Of a stretch of 24,000 bases of DNA, positions 1-7,143 are shown piece after piece. The first letter of the stretch is position 1; every line of letters begins with the position of its first letter. The translations under genes were made by a program, and so were the position numbers. This DNA comes from Candidatus Hermodarchaeota archaeon (lineage in GTDB: Archaea; Asgardarchaeota; Hermodarchaeia; Hermodarchaeales; Hermodarchaeaceae), in NCBI GenBank assembly GCA_016840065.1, contig JAEOTB010000078.1, positions 1-24,000 on the forward strand. Direction: 5' to 3'. Below the pieces are notes generated by a model. That model was not told where the DNA came from, ran no database searches, and worked only from the letters and a program-made list of their open reading frames with translations.

Positions 1-2917
1 TTGCTGCAGCCAAAATCGCAGTACGCGCATTCAACGTTGCAACAATACCAGCCTTGGCTATACTAACAGAGTGTTGTTCCATGACTTCGTGTATTGCTGT
101 CCGATCCTGTGGGCGCATCTTATCGAATTCATCAATACACGCCAGCCCGCGATCGGCTAGGACGAGAGCACCGGCTTCCAATGTGAGCCCTTCTGTATCT
201 GGGTCCCGGAGCACAGCAGCAGTTAATCCTGCTGCCGTCGAACCCTTGCCACTTGTGTAGAGTCCCCTTGGAGCAAGACTAGTGACATACTTCAAGAGTT
301 GACTGTTGTGAACGATGAGGTTTCCTTGTGCTAGAAGAAAGTGGCCATCGGATGTAGCGATGTCATATACAGTTGTCTCATCGTTTATGTGTTCGATTTT
401 GGTGATTGGGTCCCAGAAAACATCAGAGTTGGCAAGTATTTCGAGCCACTTCAGGGAGGGTGATTGCACGTTTTTGGTTTGGAATTGGGTTAGTTTGGTG
501 ACTACTTTACTGAGATAATTTCGCCCCACCCGTTGTCGATAAGTTTTGCCGCGAAGTTCTCCCAAGAAGCTACGGGTCAAAGAGCCCCGTGGACCTCGGA
601 GTCCAAGTTCTTTTACTGTTTGTTTTAGTAGAGTACCAAAGTTGGGTATAATGTCTCGTGATTGATATCGTGTTCGGGATTTCAGTTGTTCGACTAGTTG
701 ATCGAGTTCTTCCTGTTTTTCAGTTGATACAAAGCCGATGTGTTTGTGATATTGGAGCAAATTCTCCCCTTGGATGCGTAATTGATGGTATACACGTCCT
801 TTGTAGAGTCCCTTTGTTATTGTTCTTCTCTTTACAGTGGCGTAGATATTGAGTGTTGATAAGAGGTCGCTTATCTGATAAGCAAGTTTTTTGCTCTTTG
901 TTATGGCGGCTACTGCAGCACCTCTCTTATCAACGGTGCCATCGCCTGAGAAATATGCAGATAGTAGATTACAACGGAATGAGTAGGGGGCAGTCAAGAA
1001 TAGGTCTGGTAGTCTCTTGTTTGCTGCTCCAGTTCCAAAGTTTTGCTTAAACCATTTGGCTATGCTGGATTGGCAGTACAAAATTCTTCGTTTGTACACG
1101 GAGGCTTTTCCAAAGACTGTTATTAGATCTTCTTCAACCACTGATTTGATTGAATTGCTTGATGAGGAGATGCAGACATTGTTGTCTTGGACGTTGCCCT
1201 CAGCAAGATAAATTCCAATAATTCGTGCTAGCGAGGAACTTAGTGGTAACCAGCGGGGGAACCATGATGTATCTCGCTTTCTTCTTAACCAAGAGCCTGA
1301 AGGGATTGGAATCCGCCCATGAATTACATCGCCCATAGTATTTGGTGTAACGTTCGCAACAGATGCCGCACTTCGTGCACAAGTCAATCCAGCATTAACT
1401 AGAGAGATTTGAGACTGTATTGTCTCTGTGCTTACTATGTCTGTTTGAGGGAACTCGTCTGTCAAATCTATGGCAGCTTGTTCCTCGTCGAAACTTAGAT
1501 TTCGAGCAATTGGTAGGTACATGCTTGGACGTAGGTCTTGGCTAGTGATTACCTTTAATTGCCCACTTTCAATTGTTGTAAATGAGTGGTCAGGTGTGGC
1601 AAGAACAGATCTTCCAGAACGAGTCTGAATCCGAACTAGGTGTTTAGTTTTATGGCGACTGACTTCGAATATCCGAGCTCGGTGCACCTTAAGCGTTAGC
1701 GGGTCCATCGCTTGTGTGAACAAGGGTGATTCGCCGTCAAGAGACAAGATTTCAGTATCGCCTTGAAGAATGGTTCGTTCAAAATTAGATTCCATTAGAG
1801 TGTCAATGAAGCGCCCAATTTTCTCTCGTGTCCATTTGACACCATTATCAGTTGATTGACCGATGTAAATTGATTCAGAGCCATCAATGCTCTTAGCTGT
1901 TCCGGGGTCGCCTACGAGGAGGATGTTAGAGTCACCTCGGATTTTGATGCCGTCGGAGAGTTCTTTTCCGACACCTCCGAAGAGTAGGAGGATTACTGCT
2001 TCTTTGATGTCGGTTAGTCCGTAGATGCTGGGGGCGACGCTGTTAATGATTTTTCTGTGTATGAGGGGGTCTTGGGAGAGTTTGATGATTTCTTCTTTTT
2101 CTTTGGGGGTGATTTCTAGGCGGTCTGCTTCGCGTTCTAGGACGTCAACAGAGTTTGTCATGAGGAATACGCTGAAGGTGGGTGCTGCCTTGCGGCGGAC
2201 TGCGGAGATGTCTTGTGAGGATTTTAGGACTCCTACTATTCGTACAGGATCACCAGGTCGGGCGAGGTCGACGAGGTCGTCTTGGAGGAAGCAGTCAAGG
2301 GCACGGGGTAGTGTGCCAGCTGGGAGTTCTTCGGGTTTTTCATGCAGGCGAATTTTTTGCCAGTCAGTGAACTTGGATTTTTCGGCGAGGAGATCAAAGG
2401 GTCCTCGTCGAGTTCCACAGGCTTTATCTGAGCAGAAAGGTGGTGGTGTGTACTGACTAGGTTGTGGGATTACCATTACATTTCCACATTGGCGGCATTT
2501 GAAAACCCCCTCAACAAGAAGGGGTTTGACGTCGCTTACACGGGTCACCATTGCATCTACTTTAATGAGTTTGCCAATGTGTTCGGATCGTATTTCTCGT
2601 ACAGAGACTTTGTCAGGTACCTCTCTGAAGCGTATATGGAATGTTTCGACGGTTCGTGCGTAATCTGGGATAACAACTCGTGCTATGCGGTGGATTGCCG
2701 TCGAGGCAGCCTCGATTGCAAGATCTGGGTGTTCACGGAGCGCCTTAGCTAGTTCAGGATCATGACCTGCGATATGGTCAAAGTAGACGACGACAGAACG
2801 TTTGTCACTGGTCTCAAGCCGTTCAATAGCGTCCCGATACGGGGTATCTCCCTCCACAGTCTTGAAGGAATTAAGGAAATCTTCAATTCGAGCTGCAAAA
2901 TCGATTTCCTCAGCCAC
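1..2917 (-). CDS. mcm: MCM replicative helicase, truncated at its 3' end by the window edge and interrupted by an in-frame intein (305-1891)
   Basis: The ORF is missing from the track because this minus-strand frame never reaches a stop inside the window. A stop would have produced a listed ORF. Hand translation from GTG at 2917 (overlapping the GINS stop as GTGGCTGA) gives [15 protein letters not shown]. It continues through a C4 zinc finger (CRQCGN...FCSDKACG) and the Walker A motif [12 protein letters not shown]. After the intein it reads [31 protein letters not shown], the Walker B motif [21 protein letters not shown], and [30 protein letters not shown]. Confidence 0.93.
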   Translation of the reverse strand, partial: MAEEIDFAARIEDFLNSFKTVEGDTPYRDAIERLETSDKRSVVVYFDHIAGHDPELAKALREHPDLAIEAASTAIHRIARVVIPDYARTVETFHIRFREVPDKVSVREIRSEHIGKLIKVDAMVTRVSDVKPLLVEGVFKCRQCGNVMVIPQPSQYTPPPFCSDKACGTRRGPFDLLAEKSKFTDWQKIRLHEKPEELPAGTLPRALDCFLQDDLVDLARPGDPVRIVGVLKSSQDISAVRRKAAPTFSVFLMTNSVDVLEREADRLEITPKEKEEIIKLSQDPLIHRKIINSVAPSIYGLTDIKEAVILLLFGGVGKELSDGIKIRGDSNILLVGDPGTAKSIDGSESIYIGQSTDNGVKWTREKIGRFIDTLMESNFERTILQGDTEILSLDGESPLFTQAMDPLTLKVHRARIFEVSRHKTKHLVRIQTRSGRSVLATPDHSFTTIESGQLKVITSQDLRPSMYLPIARNLSFDEEQAAIDLTDEFPQTDIVSTETIQSQISLVNAGLTCARSAASVANVTPNTMGDVIHGRIPIPSGSWLRRKRDTSWFPRWLPLSSSLARIIGIYLAEGNVQDNNVCISSSSNSIKSVVEEDLITVFGKASVYKRRILYCQSSIAKWFKQNFGTGAANKRLPDLFLTAPYSFRCNLLSAYFSGDGTVDKRGAAVAAITKSKKLAYQISDLLSTLNIYATVKRRTITKGLYKGRVYHQLRIQGENLLQYHKHIGFVSTEKQEELDQLVEQLKSRTRYQSRDIIPNFGTLLKQTVKELGLRGPRGSLTRSFLGELRGKTYRQRVGRNYLSKVVTKLTQFQTKNVQSPSLKWLEILANSDVFWDPITKIEHINDETTVYDIATSDGHFLLAQGNLIVHNSQLLKYVTSLAPRGLYTSGKGSTAAGLTAAVLRDPDTEGLTLEAGALVLADRGLACIDEFDKMRPQDRTAIHEVMEQHSVSIAKAGIVATLNARTAILAAA
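305..1891 (-). mobile_element. Intein with a LAGLIDADG homing-endonuclease domain, inserted in the MCM P-loop (GDPGTAK / intein / SQLLKY)
   Basis: There are exactly 1587 nt (529 codons) in frame between the two halves of the Walker A motif. The N-terminal block is [11 protein letters not shown], with Ser as residue 1. Block B is [12 protein letters not shown] (TxxH). The two LAGLIDADG motifs are [13 protein letters not shown] and [12 protein letters not shown]. The C-terminal block is [22 protein letters not shown], followed by a +1 Ser. Confidence 0.9.
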
Positions 2918-3482
2918 CAGTTTCCACCTCTAATACTACCTTTTCCCAATTACGGAGAAGCTTTGTGAGCCGGTCGACTAGCCAACACTCCTCTTCCGTC
3001 ATATTATTCTTTATCTCGTCAAGACGATCCTCACGTAAGGATATTTTCATTAATTTCAGGAGGCGGCTTGTTACAAGATCTCTCAAGAGGCGTTCCATTT
3101 TACTTTGTGCAGCAAGACGAACTTGGTTGGGTGATTGCTGGTTCTCTTTTATGAGTTGAGTAATGCGTTGTTTTATAATGAGAAAATAATCCGGTGTTAA
3201 TTGCTGGAGATCTGGTTCACTAGTCTCACGCCAAAGAGCTTTTTGAAGTTCAGATGGACCTATTTCAGTGTCCTTAATCTTAACCTTTTTTTGAGATAAC
3301 AGCACTCCAACAATCCATCGAGGCAAATCAGTTTCACGATCCTTTTGAAATGGACCGTATGTAATATTTTGAACCGTGAATTCACCAATATCTTCGAGAA
3401 CAACTACAGTTACCAAGGAATTTCTAAATTCAAACAGGATATCGTCATACATTGTTTTGACTGTCATCATCTCACGATCCAT
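2910..3482 (-). CDS. GINS subunit, probably Gins23-type (B domain first)
   Basis: 190 aa. A beta-rich N-terminal part ([12 protein letters not shown]...[21 protein letters not shown]) is followed by a helical part ([15 protein letters not shown]). The gene starts 10 nt after the cdc6 stop and overlaps the mcm start by 8 nt, resembling the gins23-mcm linkage known in Sulfolobus. The family call is from pattern memory and is unverified. Confidence 0.65.
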   Translation of the reverse strand: MDREMMTVKTMYDDILFEFRNSLVTVVVLEDIGEFTVQNITYGPFQKDRETDLPRWIVGVLLSQKKVKIKDTEIGPSELQKALWRETSEPDLQQLTPDYFLIIKQRITQLIKENQQSPNQVRLAAQSKMERLLRDLVTSRLLKLMKISLREDRLDEIKNNMTEEECWLVDRLTKLLRNWEKVVLEVETGG

Positions 3483-3492
3483 TTAGGTACTT

Positions 3493-4716
3493 TCACTTTT
3501 CTTCGGGTTCACCGTCTTCAGCAAGTCGACGGCGGAGGATTTCACCTACTCTTTCATCAAATATCTCAACGGGAATATCCATAAGTGTCAACCGAGCCCG
3601 CCTCCCTCGTTGGCCACCACCTATACTTTCCACAACTTTTCCGATAATACCTAATCTCGCAAGCGCATCGATTGTTTTTCGGAAAGTAGGCATTGCTTGT
3701 TTTGTAGCGCCATATTCTTCGCAGATAATTTGGTAACTTTCAAATACCTTAAGAAAAGTTGTTGCTTGACTCATTTCTAATTTCAGTTGACGAGAAACAG
3801 CAGCGAGAACAAGCAGTTCTTGGTAACGCAAACTGTACAACACATCTGAGCGAAGTTCGGAGAATACTTCCTGCTTTGCTCTTCGTATCATTTCGGGGGT
3901 AATAGGTCGAACGTTATACCTATCAGCTGCTTTACCAGCCCACAGTAGCATTTCAATACCATGACGAGCGTTTTTAGTTGCCGCAGCAATATTAGCTACC
4001 ATTCGTAAAATGTCATCGGGGACAATATTACCATGGAAGGCTAGTTCTGTTCTGTATTTTAGAATCTGATAAAGTTCCTCTTCATTATAAGGAGGCATCT
4101 CAATACGGTCGTTTAGTCTCCCTGAAAGTGGAAAACTTAGACTATTTTGCCAGTCTGTTGTTCGACATGCTATTAGAGTAGAGATGTATGCCTGTCCGTG
4201 ATTCGCAACTTCACTTGAGTGAATAAGACTCAACAAGTCCTGTCCTAATAGATACGCTTCGTCAAGGCAGAGCACTAACCGTGTGTTCTCGCGTAGAAGC
4301 CGTTTGTTGAGCATACTCGTAATCTCTTCATCTGAGAACCCTCGACTTGTAACCTTGAACCGTTCTGTTAGGAGATCTCGAAGAATAGCACTCTTTGTAC
4401 GAAACATGAAACAATCATAGTATTCGAACCTCACCCCGCCTGATGTACCTCGTTTTGCTGCTACCTTCTCTAGCGCACGCCCAAAGAATTTAATTGAAGC
4501 AGTTTTTCCTGTTCCTGGACGTCCTACGACTGCTACATTTACTGCATAAGCACCTTCATCATTCAGTAGCGGCTTGAAAGTATGACTAAGACGAATTAAT
4601 TGTGATTCTCTATTGGGTAGTTTGGATGGTATAAACGCGGGGTGGAGCGTTTCTTCGTTCTTAAACACTGTAGCACTCAATAAGGCTCTTTCAATTAAAT
4701 CATCATCAGAACACAA
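3493..4716 (-). CDS. cdc6: Orc1/Cdc6 replication initiator (AAA+ domain plus C-terminal winged helix)
   Basis: 407 aa. The N-terminal motif is VFKNEETLHPAFIPSKLPNRESQL, Walker A is GRPGTGKT and Walker B is LVLCLDEA. The called start is TTG. In-frame TTG and GTG alternatives occur within the first 17 codons, and there is no ATG. Confidence 0.95.
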   Translation of the reverse strand: MCSDDDLIERALLSATVFKNEETLHPAFIPSKLPNRESQLIRLSHTFKPLLNDEGAYAVNVAVVGRPGTGKTASIKFFGRALEKVAAKRGTSGGVRFEYYDCFMFRTKSAILRDLLTERFKVTSRGFSDEEITSMLNKRLLRENTRLVLCLDEAYLLGQDLLSLIHSSEVANHGQAYISTLIACRTTDWQNSLSFPLSGRLNDRIEMPPYNEEELYQILKYRTELAFHGNIVPDDILRMVANIAAATKNARHGIEMLLWAGKAADRYNVRPITPEMIRRAKQEVFSELRSDVLYSLRYQELLVLAAVSRQLKLEMSQATTFLKVFESYQIICEEYGATKQAMPTFRKTIDALARLGIIGKVVESIGGGQRGRRARLTLMDIPVEIFDERVGEILRRRLAEDGEPEEK

Positions 4717-4855
4717 GTATTATCCCTACCGTATGTTGTGTTAACATCTAATTTCAAAGTGAAAGACAGCTAATAAAAGATTACCCACACCGAGTTACAA
4801 CTGAACAAAGTACCCACGCCTTCCTTCTCGTGAAGAATCGGCGTAGATTCAACCG
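4717..4855. promoter_or_regulatory. cdc6 upstream region with a TATA-like box and dyad/direct repeats; a candidate operator or origin-recognition-box-like elements
   Basis: On the minus strand, TTTTATTA (4769-4779) lies about 58 nt upstream of the TTG start. The dyad TTTCA-AAG-TGAAA lies at 4752-4764. The direct repeats TACCCACACC (4782-4791) and TACCCACGCC (4811-4820) lie 29 bp apart. GTTACAACTGAAC lies at 4794-4806. There is no long AT-rich unwinding element. Confidence 0.3.
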
Positions 4856-5095
4856 CTATCGTCTTCGTTTTGGTTTCTCTTTTTCCTTCGAGCTTAGCCA
4901 CCAATCTAAATAATCGCGACGACGTTGAGCTTTAGCGTCATCTTGGTCTTCACGTCGGTAAGCATCCCGCTGTTCATCCCAAGATCGGTCTAGCTCTCCA
5001 CGAGAAAGGGCGAGTCCGCATCGTTGACAAACATATCTGCTTGATCGGCTATCATACTTCATTTTGGGAGACGCGCATTCGGGACAACGCACCAT
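4856..5095 (-). CDS. Small stand-alone TFIIB/TFB-type zinc-ribbon protein with a highly charged C-terminal tail
   Basis: 79 aa. The sequence MVRCPECASPKMKYDSRSSRYVCQRCGLAL has the same Cys spacing (C4, C7, C23, C26) as the TFB ribbon encoded at about 15500-15595. It also shares K11, D15, V22, G27, L28 and L30 with that ribbon. The gene has its own AGGTGA 6 nt upstream of the ATG and a TTTATAA box about 57 nt upstream. Confidence 0.6.
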   Translation of the reverse strand: MVRCPECASPKMKYDSRSSRYVCQRCGLALSRGELDRSWDEQRDAYRREDQDDAKAQRRRDYLDWWLSSKEKEKPKRRR

Positions 5096-5101
5096 TTGTA
5101 A

Positions 5102-5155
5102 TCACCTTTTTCTTAGAAGAGCTACTGAACCGGTTGCTTTAACTGTTGTTATAAA
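5102..5155 (-). promoter_or_regulatory. Promoter/RBS of the zinc-ribbon gene
   Basis: On the minus strand, TTTATAA (5149-5155) matches the archaeal TATA consensus. AGGTGA (5102-5107) lies 6 nt before the ATG at 5095. Confidence 0.45.
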
Positions 5156-5205
5156 CGTCTTCAAAAGAAAGCAAGCTAATGTCTAGTCTTGACATGAAAA
5201 CCATT

Positions 5206-7038
5206 TCACAGCACAGTTACTGCTTTCGCTAAATTTCTAGGTTGATCAGGGCTGAATCCACGCTGAATTGCAGCATAATATGCTAGAAATTGGAGTGGAA
5301 CTACGTAACCTATTGGTGAAAATATATTTGATAACGTAGGAGGCATTGCTACAACTCTGTCGCTTAACTCAATAAGACGCTCATCTTCACTCGAACATAT
5401 CGTGATAATTTCAGCTAAACGTGACTTCATCTCCATGATATTACCGAGAATAAAGCGTCGAGTTCTATCATTGGGGGCTACAAAAACAACAGGGAAACCT
5501 TCTTCAACAAGAGCGATAGGTCCGTGTTTTGACTCGCCAGCAGGATAACCTTCCGCGTGAACATAAGCAAGTTCTTTAATTTTCAATGCCCCTTCCATTG
5601 CTGTAGCTCTACTTATCCCGCGACCTAGAAAGAAGAAACTAGGTTTTGCCACGTATTGCTGTGCAGTTTCCTTGACGAGACTCTCCCGGTTTCGAATGAT
5701 AGATTGGAGTAAATCGGGAATTTTATTCAATTTCAAGAATAGTTCACTAGCTTCTCTATGTTTTTGTTTACCAGTTATTTCACCGAGGTGAATAGAAAGA
5801 CTAGCCAAACACGCTAGTTGGGTAACGAAGGTTTTTGTGGCAGCAACACCGATTTCTGGCCCCGCTTGTGTATAGAGAACATCATCGGCTAAACGAGTGA
5901 TAGAGCTATCAACAGTATTTGTAATTGCTAGAATAGTGCAACCCTGCCGCTTTAAACCCTTAAGAGCATGTAGCGTATCTATTGTTTCTCCTGACTGCGA
6001 AACTGCAATAATAACTGCGTCGTTGCCCAGACTAGTATCGATGATTTCTGGGGATTCTGAGGCTACAACACTGTGCATGAATCGCCCTGCAATTTGAGAA
6101 AACATGTATCTTGAAGCTAGTGTTGCATGGTATGATGTTCCTGCAGCAACCGCGCAAACCGTTTGGTGTTTATTAATTTCTTCAGCGAATTTCTGTAGCT
6201 TTTCCTTTCGTATGCGCAATGTATCAAGGAGAGCCCGTGGCTGTTCATGGATTTCCTTTAACATGAAATGAGGATAACCACCCTTCTCAGCCATATCGAG
6301 AGTCCATTGAACAGTAGTCGGTTGCCTCGGTGGGAGCTGAGCAAGGCCTCCCGTTGAAAGTAGTCGATAAAGAACTGCACCTTGAGCTGTCAGGCATGCG
6401 ATTTCTCCATCTTCTAATACTAGAGTTTTCCGGGTCATTGGTAGGAAAGCTGGAACATCTGACGCACAATAGAAACCAGTGGTGCCAAGTCCTAGTAGAA
6501 GTGGACTCTCTTTTCGTGCGCATACGAGTGCCGTGCCACTTGTATCCAAAACCGCTATAGCATAACTACCCTCTATTTGGGGAAGGATCTTTGCCACAGC
6601 CTGAACGAGTTCTTTTGTGGTTTGTAGAGATTCCTCGATGAGATGCGGAAGTACTTCTGTATCAGTTTCGGAGAGCAAAATGTGTCCTCGATCAACTAAT
6701 GATTCGCGGAGTTCTTGGTAATTTTCAATTATCCCGTTATGCACAACAGCGATACGATTCGAGCAGTCAATGTGTGGATGAGCGTTTTGACGTGAAGGAG
6801 GTCCGTGAGTTGCCCAACGTGTGTGGCCGATACCAATTACTCCTGGTAGAGCATCGAAGTTCAATCGTCTATGAATATCATCAATTTTTCCTTTGTCCTT
6901 CTTGATATAGATACGTCCTGCATTTACAGTCGCAATTCCACTTGAGTCGTATCCACGGTATTCAAGTCGTTTCAGTGATTGCCTGATAAGTGGAGCAACT
7001 AGACCTTGGACAAGCACTGCTCCAATAATACCACACAC
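5206..7038 (-). CDS. glmS: Glutamine--fructose-6-phosphate aminotransferase (isomerizing)
   Basis: The protein has an Ntn class-II amidotransferase head (CGIIG, RLEYRGYDSSG, GHTRWATHG) and two SIS domains (SQSGET). The catalytic Cys must follow the initiator Met directly. GTG at 7038 (M-CGIIG), with AGGTG at 7045-7049 6 nt upstream, is therefore preferred over the track start at 7047. Confidence 0.96.
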   Translation of the reverse strand: MCGIIGAVLVQGLVAPLIRQSLKRLEYRGYDSSGIATVNAGRIYIKKDKGKIDDIHRRLNFDALPGVIGIGHTRWATHGPPSRQNAHPHIDCSNRIAVVHNGIIENYQELRESLVDRGHILLSETDTEVLPHLIEESLQTTKELVQAVAKILPQIEGSYAIAVLDTSGTALVCARKESPLLLGLGTTGFYCASDVPAFLPMTRKTLVLEDGEIACLTAQGAVLYRLLSTGGLAQLPPRQPTTVQWTLDMAEKGGYPHFMLKEIHEQPRALLDTLRIRKEKLQKFAEEINKHQTVCAVAAGTSYHATLASRYMFSQIAGRFMHSVVASESPEIIDTSLGNDAVIIAVSQSGETIDTLHALKGLKRQGCTILAITNTVDSSITRLADDVLYTQAGPEIGVAATKTFVTQLACLASLSIHLGEITGKQKHREASELFLKLNKIPDLLQSIIRNRESLVKETAQQYVAKPSFFFLGRGISRATAMEGALKIKELAYVHAEGYPAGESKHGPIALVEEGFPVVFVAPNDRTRRFILGNIMEMKSRLAEIITICSSEDERLIELSDRVVAMPPTLSNIFSPIGYVVPLQFLAYYAAIQRGFSPDQPRNLAKAVTVL

Positions 7039-7055
7039 ACTGAACACCTTAGAAT

Positions 7056-7072
7056 AACCCTAGTCTAGGGTT
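7056..7072. promoter_or_regulatory. Perfect 17-bp palindrome AACCCTAG-T-CTAGGGTT immediately upstream of the glmS start
   Basis: Read directly from the sequence. It has 8-bp arms around a single central base and lies 7 nt upstream of the AGGTG RBS. It sits downstream of a TATATA-containing box at 7101-7110. Confidence 0.4.
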
Positions 7073-7080
7073 TCACTCTT

Positions 7081-7116
7081 AATAAAATTAACTGCTTTTA
7101 CGTATATAACAGTTAA
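7081..7116 (-). terminator. Possible elp3 terminator hairpin that overlaps the glmS TATA region
   Basis: On the minus strand, TTAACTG (7110-7116) pairs with CAGTTAA (7088-7094) around a 15-nt loop. The loop contains TTATATAC. TTTTATT (7081-7087) follows, 28 nt after the elp3 stop. Confidence 0.3.
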
Positions 7117-7143
7117 ATATTTGTAGTGAATGCAAGTAACTAG

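Noticed and set aside
2031-2110. G-runs on the plus strand (GGGGG x3 and GGG) as a possible G-quadruplex antisense to mcm.
   Set aside because: Two of the loops between the runs are about 28-30 nt, far beyond canonical G4 spacing. The G-richness is better explained by the codon-bias tract.
54-2968. Many short ORFs in the track on both strands. The plus-strand ORFs are 54-260, 315-518, 658-852, 853-1050, 1017-1211, 2025-2456, 2182-2370, 2462-2752 and 2762-2968. The minus-strand ORFs are 1200-1382, 2236-2418 and 2749-2949.
   Set aside because: All lie antisense or out of frame to the continuous MCM-intein reading frame, which has unmistakable motifs. Their products are low-complexity (Arg/Ser/Leu-rich). 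The 143-aa antisense ORF at 2025-2456 stays open as a side effect of the G3-depleted sense codons.
4425-4440. T-arm-like strings (TTCGAAC here, and TCGAATCC at 10389-10396) that could hint at tRNA genes.
   Set aside because: Both lie inside well-supported coding frames (cdc6 and flpA). Neither has a flanking acceptor or anticodon stem that I could fold.
7039-7047. The upstream GTG start of glmS (MFSV-CGIIG).
   Set aside because: Ntn amidotransferases need Cys directly after the initiator Met. The upstream GTG is part of the AGGTG RBS for GTG 7038.
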